From assembly GCF_964204645.1 (NCBI RefSeq), contig NC_134029.1, forward strand, positions 14,162,850 through 14,226,849: a stretch of DNA of 64,000 nucleotides. Direction: 5' to 3'. The DNA is from Tubulanus polymorphus (Eukaryota; Animalia; Nemertea). Made by a program: the position numbers and the translations under genes. The notes beneath the pieces were generated by a model. That model searched no databases. It saw nothing but the letters and a program-made list of their open reading frames with translations, and was not told the origin of the DNA. Below are positions 23,003 to 35,299 of the stretch, one piece after another. The first letter of the stretch is position 1, and each line of letters opens with the position of its first letter.

Positions 23003-23454
23003 TAAGATAAACATCATTTGTTCACCATCTTCACAGATCTACGGCGCTACTCACTATATACGATTATCATGTCATATAAATGGTAGCAAACTATACAATG
23101 GTAAGAGCTAATTAATTCAAATCACTCCCAAAACGATAAAATATTGCATGAAATGTCTGGTGAAATCTCTGGAAGCCTCGAGCGTTAGTCAGAGATGACG
23201 TCAGAAACAAGCACCTGCTAACATGAACAATAACAGTCAGCACGTGCTGAAACTGCCGATTTAAAAGTCTTATTTCTCAGTAATGGCTGAACTAAAATCC
23301 AAACTAGTAGCATATTTGTTATTTGTGAATATAACACATTTCAAAATGACTTTTTCACAATATTCTATTTTGATGGCAGTTCCTCTTTAGGCATTTTAGG
23401 GAATGAATTTTTTCAATAGAAAAATGAATTGTTTAGTGTTGTATTCTTTTTCAG

Positions 23455-23628
23455 ATTACAGCCCAGGAATGTGTTTCATTCAAACAACAGAAAGAGTCAC
23501 TTTCATTAGATCTTCAGCGACGAGACACAGATATGAATGATTTGATTAAACAATATGAAAATGATGCATGCAGAGCTGATATAGATAAGGATGAATGGTA
23601 TAAAAATCTCTCAGCTGCTGGTAAAAAG
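23455..23628 (+). CDS. Host coiled-coil protein exon, phase 0-0 (ITAQECVSFKQQKESLSLDLQRRDTDMNDL..AGKK)
   Basis: TTCTTTTTCAG| acceptor, 58 open codons, AAG|GTAAAA donor; too short for the ORF track. Confidence 0.8.
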
Positions 23629-24764
23629 GTAAAAAATGTAATGCTTGACCAATTGCAATAATGATGATATAAACAAACTAAACGAATGACTGATGGATAA
23701 CACAGGTGCTTTCAAGACAAAAATGTCACACTTGTTGATTGATTGCCATTGACTTTGTTGGTGCATTTTCAAATATCTCTATTTTGTAACAGATTTAATA
23801 TAGAGTGTGTACCATTCCGTTCATTTGTTTACTGGCATGTACAAACAATGAAGCAGTTGATTTTGTATTTTGTTTTGTAATAATGAAATTGCAATATTCC
23901 ATCACGCACTAAAGCGTATAACGAGTAGAATAGGAAATCACTGAATTGTTTTTTCTTATACCAAAATACTTCGAATCATGAGGAAGCTTTGATCTTTTGT
24001 AAACTTTTGGCAACACCACCCGGGTCAACTATTGTCCACTGGGTGGCGACTGTTGATTGATTTGTAAAAAACGCTTCATTTTAGACGGCTTTTTGTTGAT
24101 TGGTGATTTGTTCCTAGGATACTAATAGTTACCTACTCATTTCAAACTCCAATAAGCCCATAACCCATAATAGCCATTTACTTCCAAAAAATATAATAGT
24201 TATTCATGGGTTCAGGATTGAAGTGCTCGGAAAATGCTTTTAAAATTCTAAAATTTTCTAGGGGAAGGACCCCAAACTCCCAAAAATGATATTGCACTTT
24301 CGGCACTCGCGAGTTCTGATGGCTACGCCGTCAGCTGATTCGCATGTATAACTCAAGCAGAAAACTGCGGATTTTATAGGTTGGCCTTCTCATCTCTGAA
24401 TAATTGTGAGATTTCTTATGTATTACTTGGATATTGAGTGCCTTCTCAACCTATAATGACAATCGTTATTTGAAGATATCTCGGAACATAACACAAACTG
24501 CACTGCTTTAACCCTTTAACCGGCAATCGGTCGCTAGCGACCGATTTTAATAGACCAGCTATAGTGAATAGGATAGTCAAGTATTGATTTCAGTGAAGCA
24601 ATCTAACTCATTTTCCTGTGAGCAGTTGGCGACACCAGATGGCTTACAATGTCTAACAAAGCAGGAAAGTGATATATCATACATTTGGCATGTAGTAGGG
24701 GGTATAGAAACCACATGTCACGTGGGTCAGATTTCTGAAGTTGAAAAGATCGTTAGTAGTAATG

Positions 24765-26863
24765 TGTGGGCGGCCATTCCCGCCAAAAATCAGCGTTTCA
24801 TCTATTTGTCTGTACTTTGACAAAATGTCATAGTACAACCGCCAAAATGTGTAAGCATAACGTCAAATTGTGTAATGCGGCTAAAAAACACAGGGGGCGA
24901 CACTGTACGGACAGTATTTTGCAGTGTTTTTCTAGCTTTGCGATCATCTTAAGGTCGTTTCATTGAAATAATTTGGTAATTCGCGCGTATTAAAGCAACA
25001 AGGTATATTTCTAAAAGGAAATATACTGCGACAGGTGGTTTTGCAAAGTCATTAAAAATCAAGATCAGAGAATTTTGGAGAGAGAAGTCATAAAGAATGA
25101 ATAAATTAATGAAGATTAAAAATTGGAAGTAATAAACGAACAGTTTAAAAGCGGAAGCACCCGTTGCGATAAAATGAAGATTTAAATATTACAAAATCAT
25201 TATGAAAAACGAAATGAAAAGAAACAAATGCTACCGTTGATAGTATTCATGTACAAATTGTAGAATGAGAATAGAAAATTTAATTGAATACAAGTCACGA
25301 GAAGAGCAAAGAGATTTAGACAATCAATCCGGGGCTTGAAATAAAGAAACTCCTTAAAATGAATAAACTCGAATGCAAGATCTTTGCTTTCGAATAATTT
25401 GTTAATTACAAGGGTAGACCTAAGGTTTATATAAATCTATATTTTTGAATTTTGAAATCAGGGGATCTAAAAATAGTATTCATCATTAGTGGGACGTCGA
25501 TTCAGCTATTAATTTTTCAGGGAAGAGCCGATCAGCCTTCCAGAAAGGGAATGCGCATCATCCGTGAGTGTAGCAAAAAAATTATCTCATTGCTAATTAA
25601 AGTTGAAAAATAACATGTACGTTGTTTTCTGAATACTAAAAGATTTTTAATATTATTTACGTTATGTCTACTTAATTGCGGAAATCCGATGTATTTGCAG
25701 TACTGGGAACAATAAAGTATTGAATAAAGTAATAATTAAATATATTTGATGAGTATCAATAAAGTATATTTGATCTTGAATTTGAGCCCACTAGGTGGTG
25801 GTGGTATTGGAAGACACCAGGTGGTTCGATCAACTTAATATGCTCCAGCGCGTGGCGCTGTCGCAAAAATCCGTTATGTTTCCAATGTCTCCGTTTTAAC
25901 GTATGCGCATTAGGCTGAATAAGTGTTGAAAAAGTCTAAGTCGAGAAATCAGTACAGTGCACAGGCATCATGACAGTGTTTTCATATTTCAAAACTGGGT
26001 CATGTCAGTACGGTATTCGCTTGAAATGAACCAGCGTGAAGTTTAGCAGTGGGATCACGATGTCTAAATAATCTCGTGTATCATATGCTTGCGTATCATA
26101 TGTTAACACAATTAAATGACTTGTCCAAATAAATATACAGTGATTGCAACAAAGTTCATAATGGTTAGCATTTCGTGATCAGCATTTTCGGGATTCTAAC
26201 ATGATAGCACCGTATAAAATACATCAGCGACTAGACTGGTTGCCGGTCTCTATTCTGACTGTGAATGCAGGTGGCGCAGAATTTGACAGGCGACCAGTCT
26301 AATCAGCGACCTGGAGTCATCAAAGTTCAAATTGAATTGAAATAAGTTCAGTATTTTTCGGGGCTCGAATCTGGTAGCGCCGCAAAAATAAACGAGTCAC
26401 ATTGGGGTCATCAATGTTCAAATCGAATTGAAATAAGATAATTATTTATTGTGGGATTCGAATCTAATAGAAACGGAAACATTGGAGTCATCAAAACACA
26501 CATTCATTATGCGTACTGACATGACCCAGTTTTGAAAGTTCTGACATGTAGTGACGCCTGCGAACCGATTTCTGGACTCAGAATTTCCCCAACACTCAAT
26601 ATAATGCGCATGCGTTAAAAACGGAGACATTGGGAACATTACGGTTTGATACGCGCAAAATTTTTTCAATGAAACGACCTTGAGATGATCGCAAAGCGAG
26701 AAAAATACCGCAAAATACTTTCCGTACAGTGTCGCCCCCTGTGTTATTTAGCCTCATTACACAATTTGACGTTACGCTTACACATTTTGGCAGTGTACTA
26801 TGACATTTTGTCAAAGTACAGACAAATAGACGAAAGCTGATTTTTGGCGGGAATGGCCGCTCA
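24765..26863. mobile_element. Long-TIR (Mutator-like) non-autonomous element nested in the piggyBac element
   Basis: 24767-24975 inverted against 26655-26863, continuing 25870-26010 against 26510-26645; TAGTAATG flanks both ends. Confidence 0.7.
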
Positions 26864-27117
26864 TAGTAATGGCCAATGCACTAAATACGTTCTCTAGTGA
26901 GTTTGGCTGATATTTTGGACATAGAAATGAAAGATTCTGATGATAAATTCGCATTGGGATGAATCTGATGACAGTGCTTGATTATGGATGGCCCTAAAAT
27001 CTGGATGACCTTGGGATCTGTGAGCTTGGGGTCAGACCCTGAAAGTGACCACCAAAGTTCGCAAAATTGGTACCATTCGAAAGCTTATGAAAAGAGCTTT
27101 TATAAAATACATGCAAT

Positions 27118-27808
27118 TTATGGAAGCCCTGAGATGACATCTTGAGTTTATGAGTTCTGAGTCATAACTTCCTGAGTTCTCAATTTCATGAATTCCTGGG
27201 TTCGTTTAATGACAAAAAGCCTGCTATACTTAAACATCGAACGTAAACGCAATGTTCTATGATGGACCCGCGTCTCGGGCTAAGACGACACTGAATAACC
27301 AGCAATTAATGGCATGTTGAAGGGAGAAGGGCACCTCCGTTCAGCCTCTGGCAGGTAGCTCGAGTGGCTCCGATTTTCTGTGCGCGGTAGTGAGGGGGTG
27401 ACTCCGATTCACCGCCGACTCTCGATGTGTCTGTTCAGGTTTTAATGATAACAGAGATAACAAACGCTCATTATTAGACATTTTTAACATCTATTAATTT
27501 TCTATAAACCATCAAGAAAGCAGATGGCTGACGATAGACTGGTTGCCAGTCTACCATCAGTTGACTGCCAGTGCAGAATTGGACACAGTCAACCAGTCTA
27601 GGTTGATGTGGGACATAATTTTTGTGGGACATAATTTTTGTAGTTAATTCATGGCGAAAAAGGATTTGACATCCTTAAAATATGATTTTTTAAGTCGCGT
27701 AATTTCATAGTGTTGTGCATGCCCAAATAAACTCGAAATCTCATAAACTCAGGAAGTTATGAACTGGGGAACTCATGAACCCAAGATGTCGTCTCAGGGC
27801 TTTCATAA
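27118..27808. mobile_element. MITE with about 80-bp imperfect TIRs nested in the piggyBac element
   Basis: TTATGGAAGCCCTGAGATGACATCTTGAG.. inverted against ..CCCAAGATGTCGTCTCAGGGCTTTCATAA. Confidence 0.65.
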
Positions 27809-27963
27809 TATGGGGTTATCCCTCATTTCTACTGAGTTATTCAGTTTTCCCCTTGTAAGGTCCAAAATCACTCACAGGCCGAAAAATATTTGCCGGTTAA
27901 AGGGTTAAACATAAACATATTATACTGATATGTAGATTGAATGAAGATTTTATGTACTTGAAG

Positions 27964-28155
27964 GTTGCAGTTGAATTAGAAGCTACCAAAAAACTTTGTG
28001 ACGCTAAGGATCAAGAATTGTTAGCTAGACAAGAGTCCATTAGTAGGCAAAAAGTGGAGTTGGAATCTGCTTTGAAAAGAAGTGATTTGCTCAGGGAAGA
28101 TAATGTTAAATGCCGAGAAGATATGGAAAAAATGAATAAAGAAATTGCAATCAAA
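27964..28155 (+). CDS. Host coiled-coil protein exon, phase 0-0 (VAVELEATKKLCDAKDQELL..EIAIK)
   Basis: Coiled-coil reading frame; AAA|GTAAGT donor; acceptor TTGAAG| chosen to keep phase 0, so the start is less certain. Confidence 0.75.
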
Positions 28156-28979
28156 GTAAGTTCTAAAAGCATGAACTATATATTACACATACAGGACAAG
28201 CTGTATAACCACCTAATGGTTATACAGCACAATTTCATTGTCACTTATCCTAATCATTTCTTGGTTGAGAACCCATATTGGTCTCAGTAATATCTCATCC
28301 TGGGCAACACGATAAAATGGTAATAGTATTGAAGTAATAAGCTGAGGACAGCTGAGATTAGAGGTTAGGGAAGTGTTACATGTTTAGGACTGTATAACCA
28401 AGGTGGATTAGTTCTAATGGTCTACTGGGTAGCAGGCTTACTTTCTACACATGAGACCCACAAATGATCACCGATAAGTTCGTGTAATTTCACCGTCACT
28501 TCTCTAATTTTATGCAAATAGTCATCACACCATGATGAACTTAATTGGTACTGTTAATAAGTAAGCACCTGAATAGCCTCAAGTCTGTATTGAATTAAAA
28601 TGGTTTATTTATTTCTGTAGAATGGTTATAGGAAAATTTCAATAAATGAGCTATTCATGAAATAAAAAAATAGAATGAAAAGAATTTTTCTAACTCCCAT
28701 CAAAAATCAATCGTTTTGTCTCTTTATTAAATTATCATAGTCTATCATCAAAACCTCTTTGTAAGGCCAAATCATCAAATAGGAACACCAGATGGCAGCA
28801 CTATATTGTATTTGTCAATTTTCCAGCTTTGCCATATTATCAAGGTCATTACGTAAAGCATCCTCCCGAATTTGACATTACGCTATATGTCCTACATATT
28901 TAAAAAATAACTTTTATGATTCTGAGTAAGCTTAACTTGCTCTTTTCAATGACAGAAACCACAAATTAATATCTCTTGT

Positions 28980-29430
28980 TTTTACCCCGTGGCTGTAGGA
29001 TGCGAGGGGTGTTGTTGTTGCCTGTGTCCGTCTGGGCGGGTGGGCAGATAGACAGATGTTGTTCCCGCTCTACAGGCTTAAGTTTTTGGTTGATTTTCTT
29101 GTAACTTGGTATGTTTGTTTTAGGTGTGAGGAGCCCTATTGTTTTTGACTTATATAGGTCATCCAAGATGGCCGCCACAGTCATTTCGATGTGTAAATTA
29201 ACCATTTTTTTTGCTTGTGTCCACTCTACAGTATACAGTTTTAGACCAATTTACTTAATCTGTGGTTTCATGATAGAAGTAGGATGAGCCCTATTGTTTT
29301 TGACATATAAAGGTCACCCAAGATGGCTGCCACAGTCATTTTGGTGTGTGAAATAGCAACTTTGGAGCTTGTTCCTGCTCTACATCTACAGTTTCTGAAC
29401 AATTTTCTTCAAACTTGGTCTGTGGTTTTA
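28980..29430 (+). repeat. 5' part of a HINE-like family (related copy about 52643-52830)
   Basis: TTTTACCCC..GGGGT 5' hairpin, GTCCGTC-type microsatellite, about 150-bp internal subrepeats. Confidence 0.5.
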
Positions 29431-30549
29431 CCTTCATGACGTAGTCATAAAGGTTATAAGATGGTAGTGAGTCAATGACGTCACTTTCATGTGTGACCGG
29501 CTGGTTGTTGTATCGGCAGGCTGGCTGGGGAACTAGCATTAACACCAGTGGTACAGGATTCCATCCATCAGGAACAACAAGGCAATTAAACCTCACATGT
29601 ACAATCTTTATTGCATCCCGGAATGAGAATGATTCTCATAACTTAACATAGTGTTTATATACAGAATCATGAGTATTGTCGTAAACAGAGACGACATTCC
29701 TCCGAAAAATTACTCTAAGGTAACACAGGCTTTAACTGGACCTACTTTTTATTAACTTTACGTCCGTTAACTACAAAATAAGAAAATAATGATACAAACA
29801 TATAAATAGAGGAAGTAGGAAGTAAGAAACTAGAAATAAGAGCGAACAAATAATGCTACAAAATTTTAAACCATGTAAACTTCAAATCATGAGCGTGAAA
29901 AACATGAGCGCACAAGGACAGATATCAAATATCTGGAGCAAAGACTGTAACTAAATACCTACAATAATAGCTAGGAACTGAAATGACAGTACAGAATGAG
30001 AAGTATTGAGAAAGATATAATAATACATGATCTTTGAACAAAAAAGCAGATATAATCTTCAACAAGTATGATGTGAGAACTAGGTGTTTGACAAGTTGTA
30101 GACATCAGGACTCATAAACTAACACCTAGGTGGCATGTTTGAGAGACATTAATTAATTATTGATGAGCACTGAGTAGAGCTAATTACTATGAAAACATGT
30201 TGAGTAATGTCACATGTTGATTACGACTTTAAAGCACATATTGATTCTATATTCATAAGTTATATTACATTATCAATATTATTACTATTATTATTATTAT
30301 TTTTATTTTTATTATTATTATTATCAAGCATTTCATTTAGTAAGAGATATGAAATATTATGAACCGTTCGATAGATATATATGCTTATAGAATCTGTGAC
30401 TTATATCAGGGTGACAGACAATAACTTGTTGGTGGGAGTTCAGATGAAGATTTGTCAAACGAATAAATGCTTTAATCTTACTAATGCAGCGTGTGAAATT
30501 TTGCTTTTTGGTTTACCTTTGTTAGCGATATTGAAGTTGTGCCAATTAT

Positions 30550-31610
30550 GTAAAATCGCGGTACTTTTTTTAATGTGAGCATTTGTTTCATTGGTTCTCG
30601 GCTTAAATGACGTATAATCGATGCGATCAAAGACATAGGGAACCTTCGTGGATGACACCGTCAACTTTGTTAAAATTCTACGAAAAACTGTTTTTGGCGG
30701 GGAAAATTCTTAGCTCTTGCGTATAAAATTGCAATGACCTCGATTGGGGGGCGTTGTCTCTACGAGCGAATGTGATAGGCTCTTTTTGGGATATACGGGG
30801 AATTCTGGGGCTGCTAAAATGATTATGGGAAAGCCATAGAATGGCGAACGTTTCATTGGACTAGGCCCTACGCTCGTGAATTCCAAATGCTCATTGCTGG
30901 TGTGAATATAATTATTTCACATATCTGCCACATATCTATAGGTATTGTTTCATTTTGATACCCGGTGATTGTTTTCATCGACACTGAAGTTTAAGCGAAC
31001 ATTCACACGGCCTCCACGTGCGCGCTGAGTGCTAATCATTATGCTGTTGTACACACCCGCTCGTACTCCTACAGTATACACTACTACATGTACTACATGA
31101 TACTGTAATAACGCTGCTTGCTGGCGTGTGCACATTTGACTTGAAAATAAGCTTTTATTTAAACTATTATAGCAGATGATAAGCGCTGTGTTTTCTGTTT
31201 GATAGAATTTGTAATAAATTGTAATTTCTTGTGAACTGAAAATACTTAGCAGCAAACTATAGGTATAGGTCAAGGTCTGAATATTTTAGTGGTAATAAAA
31301 CAATGTCCTGACATACGCTGATTTTTAATTACGGTACCGGTATGTTTCGTAGCTTCCGCGGCCATACATTGGAAAAGATTGTCAAGACTATTTAGCCACA
31401 CTCTGATTTGTGATATCATATGAATTTTATTCAAATATTTTTCATTTTTTGAAAAATATTTTTTTCCAAATGTAAATTAGTTTTCCTGTCTACCTGTACT
31501 CTATGAAATTTTGGACGCGGACCGTAAACAAATGTATTTTTGGCCTTGATTTGATTACAAATTAATGATTTCATAAAAAGAAAATGAGATGAACTTTGAA
31601 TTCACGAATT
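30550..31610. repeat. Dispersed repeat family (other copies about 36447-37025 and 38150-38940)
   Basis: Long stretches shared by the three loci, e.g. ATAGGTATTGTTTCATTTT.ATACCCGGTGATTG; class not determined. Confidence 0.7.
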
Positions 31611-31889
31611 AAAAAGATTTTTCATAAGCAATGCCCTTGCCAAACAGGCTCCAGTTTTCAAGGTAAACCACACTTTGCCCATGGGCAATTTATTAGGCTG
31701 AGCCTATTACTGTCCGGATTTGTATTACAACGACATCCAACACGTGGACTTAAAATAATTTGGCAAACTGACAGATTAATTTTTTCTAGCAAAATTAAGT
31801 TTATTTTCATGGGATACCAGAACTGTAGCATTTTTGCATAGATAATGTGAATTAGTAATGTAGGTAAATTTATAGTGTAATTTATTTAG

Positions 31890-32045
31890 ATAAATGAGCA
31901 ATCCTCGTCATTTGAAACAAACCGAAGTCTTTTGGCTGATAAATCTCAACTACAGATGGAAAAGTACCAACTACAGAAAGATCTTGATAAAGAAAAAGAG
32001 ATATTAGCCATCAAGACTAATGAGATATCAGAATTACATAAAAAG
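31890..32045 (+). CDS. Host coiled-coil protein exon, phase 0-0 (INEQSSSFETNRSLLADKSQLQMEKYQLQKDL..LHKK)
   Basis: TTTATTTAG| acceptor, 52 open codons, AAG|GTGAGT donor. Confidence 0.8.
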
Positions 32046-32130
32046 GTGAGTTCTGAGTTAAGCAAAAATTGTGATTACGATGCAACAAACTGAAAACATG
32101 TGATGTTGTTATTCTAATGCCCTACACTAG

Positions 32131-32361
32131 GTGGATCATATCGAAAACCAAATTCGAAACGTTGAGAAGGAATGCCACCAGAAAGATAACCAATTGGTGG
32201 TTATGGAAACAGAACATAAACATTTGAAAAAATCCATGTGTTTTCTTGAAACGGAACGTGACCATTTACGACAGCAAGTGATAAGTATAAATGAAGATGT
32301 ACGAAAACTTACTATTCATGATAACGCTATTCAAAAGCAGTTAGACCTAGAACAAAGTATG
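32131..32361 (+). CDS. Host coiled-coil protein exon, phase 0-0 (VDHIENQIRNVEKE..LEQSM)
   Basis: CTAG| acceptor after an 85-bp intron, 77 codons, ATG|GTAAGT donor. Confidence 0.85.
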
Positions 32362-32444
32362 GTAAGTTACTTTATGCATTCACTGTCAGGCTTACTCTTA
32401 ATTTAAGTTGTGCCATCGGGGGAAAACCGCCTACAGGCTGCAAC

Positions 32445-32703
32445 TAAGATAAAAACCGACTATCTACAGATTTAAAGAATTTTAAAACCAAGAATCTATT
32501 CATTCGAACAATCTAAATTATATAAAATACACGAAATTTCGATCTCACTCTAGAGATCATTGTCAGGTGTGACGAAACATTGTATTTTATATGTTTTAGA
32601 TTGTTCAAATAAATAAATTCTTGGTTTTAAAATTCTTTTAATCTGTAGATAGTGGGTTATTATCTTATTATCCATTCACCACGTTTGAGTGTGGTTATAG
32701 TTC
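32445..32703. mobile_element. Fold-back copy of the short Penelope-like element
   Basis: 32445-32535 inverted against 32575-32670; degenerate hammerhead on the minus strand about 32529-32571; 3' tail TATCCATTCACCACGTTTGAGTGTGG shared with 22968-22993. Confidence 0.7.
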
Positions 32704-33066
32704 TATACAGCTACAACTGTTGACCAATTTTCAAACTTAGTACACAACTAGGGTATCACATGGGACCGTATTCAAAATCGTATTGATTTAACTCAAATTA
32801 TGGCCACCAGGGGGGCAGCATGAAAAACAACATTAATGTCCTAGAGGCTACCATGGCAACCAATTTTCTTTCAAACTTGGTACATGACTAGGGTATCACT
32901 TTGGACAGAAACTTATGAAAAATTTGGTTGATGCAGATCACATTATGGCCACCTGGGAGCCGGCGTGATAAACAATGATAACAGTCTAGAGGCAGCAATT
33001 GTCGACCAATTTTCTTTAAACTTCATACACGAGTAAAGCTTCACTTAGGGCAGAACCCCATTAATT

Positions 33067-35299
33067 ATTAGGCCAGCCGTAGGCTGAGCCTATTACTATA
33101 CAAATGGAGCGAATTTAAATGACATGGTTTCCACACAAAAGTCTTTTGCTTGCCAAGTGAGGGCATATTCGAACAAATCACGTATTTAAGCGTAATCCAT
33201 TCTCGGAATCGTAGCGAGCAGAATTTTGGAATAGGGTCTCATAAAAATGTTTTCTGCATTTTTCACGAAAGTTAAATCGGGAAAATTTCAATTTTTATCA
33301 GCCAATCAGGAAGTTGTGTCTTCCCTGTGATTGGTTTATCTGAAAATATCAGCAGCTGTTCACGTGAATTATCGCGATTTCATTACTGGCGCTTTTGCGC
33401 ATGACGTCATGTATCAACACGCGACAATACTTCCGCGTTCGCTACGTGTTCGCTGATTGGCCCATTTACTGGGAAATTCCACAGAAGCCTAATGTGGTTT
33501 GTTACAAGCGCTGTGATTGGCCCAACCCGATTCTGGCATGGCTTTAGCTTAGTGGGTTCGAATCCCTTGACGGGTGAAGATGATGGATCCTATCAATATC
33601 TATTGAAACAAATAAGTTTCCCGGTTGGGCAGCCGCGGATATCTACAGTACCGGATGTGTTCCGGTTCGATATTTCGAGGTTTCTTTGAATTTTGGAGTG
33701 ATATTGAAATCCGGTAAATACCAGCGGTAGATTGTGAAAACCCATTGCATGATATTTGTATTACTTAATCAACGAAAAGCGTCGGGGCCGCGCCAGGAGT
33801 TTTCGTGATTCAAGTAGCGCAATAGCCTACTTCTTCGAGTTCGTCCACCTCAATTTTCTCTCCGCCGATCTCTGACACGGCTCTGTCCCCGTCGGCGCTG
33901 TGATTGCACTTTCGTACCACCAAAATTTTTTATTTCTATATCAGGGAGGTCTGGAGAATAAAAAAGTCAAAATTTGGATATCACATAGGCCTGATTTCAT
34001 CGAATAAGTCGACCATGGTCGTTACGTTTCCGTACTTATTACCACCTAAAACCGTCTGAACAATTTTGTCCAACCAACATTTCGTTTACAGAAATCAGGT
34101 GTTCACGTGAATCCGCGGTATCGTCTACTGTTTTACTTCCGGGTTTTATTTTAAGGTTTAAAATTGTAATTCAAGATCGATTTCTATGAAATCTTTAGTT
34201 GATTTGGTGTTTGGGAGGAATTTTTATTTGCTCTACAGAAAATTCATCCTTGACAATTGCGCAAGGTTCGCGAAAAAAAGGTTTTACCAAATCGGGTGTA
34301 TGACCTTGATATGCTAATTAGCCATGTGCCCGAATTGCAAATTCAATCAAATTTTATTCTGCCAAAAAATGTTAAATACAATTCGCTTTCCGAGAGTTAA
34401 TGGTATGCTGCATGGAACAAAGTTGTTTTGAGATGGGTCTTGAAGCTATTGAGGTCGAGAGATAACCATCTAGATAGTTCGTGAGAGTTCCAAAGTTTTG
34501 AAGATGCTTCAAGGTAATGTCTTGATATTTGTTTTATACGTGTATCTACCCTAGACACATCTTCAGGCCAAAAACTGGCCCTGTCAGATTCAAGATGGCC
34601 GACTGGCAGCCATTGTTGTTCGCCAAAATCAGCACTTTTTACACATTTTTGAAGTTTTCGAGGGAAATTTTGAAGACACTTTTATCAATAACCTTGATCA
34701 TTCGTATATATTTGTATCCCCCGAGGGCCCATCGGCATGTGAAAAATTGAGTTGATCGGACTCAAGATGGCCGTACTGTGACCTTTTTTGTTCCCAAAAA
34801 TGTCAATTTTGGCCTGAATTCTGAGTACTGTAGCTTTCTAATGGTGCGCCATGTTTCATTGCAATTTGTAATGGGTATTCTTTGGAAAGGGATCTTTTAT
34901 ATCCGAGAGGGTATTTTTGACCAGGCAATTATGGCAATCATCTTGGGGTCATCAGTACTCATTCGTAGGTGGAAAAAAAGTTTTTCCACATCATAATTGA
35001 TACTTAAGCATATTTTGCTACTATAATCAATTGGAAAGTTGTAGCTCATGACATGTTCTATGATCGAGGTGAGTTTCAAGCTCATTGGTTTTTTTTATGG
35101 CCACCAGGGGGCGTTGCACAATACAATAACTTAGTATTTCTATATTACATTCGTTCCTGCTGTCTGTGTTAACACACTATTTTACTATGTAAATGATATT
35201 GAGCAGGGAGTGTATATTGATAAATATAACCCACAGATTACATCATTTATAAAAAGCAAATCTGACAGGCTGGCCATTGTGCCCCTTGGGGCTCTTGTT
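33067..35299 (+). repeat. Composite HINE family B copy containing family A sequence (about 34480-35140) and other inserts
   Basis: 5' TAGGCCAGCCGTAGGCTGAGCCTATT; 3' GGCTGGCCATTGTGCCCCTTGGGGCTCTTGTT. Confidence 0.65.

Larger units (their letters stand above)
24512..27904. mobile_element. Non-autonomous piggyBac-type element containing nested MITEs
   Basis: TTAA TSD at 24508-24511 and 27905-27908; perfect 15-bp TIR CCCTTTAACCGGCAA / TTGCCGGTTAAAGGG. Confidence 0.85.

Noticed and set aside
33535-33580. B-box-like GGTTCGAATCCC
   Set aside because: No properly spaced A box or tRNA fold; it lies inside a composite repeat
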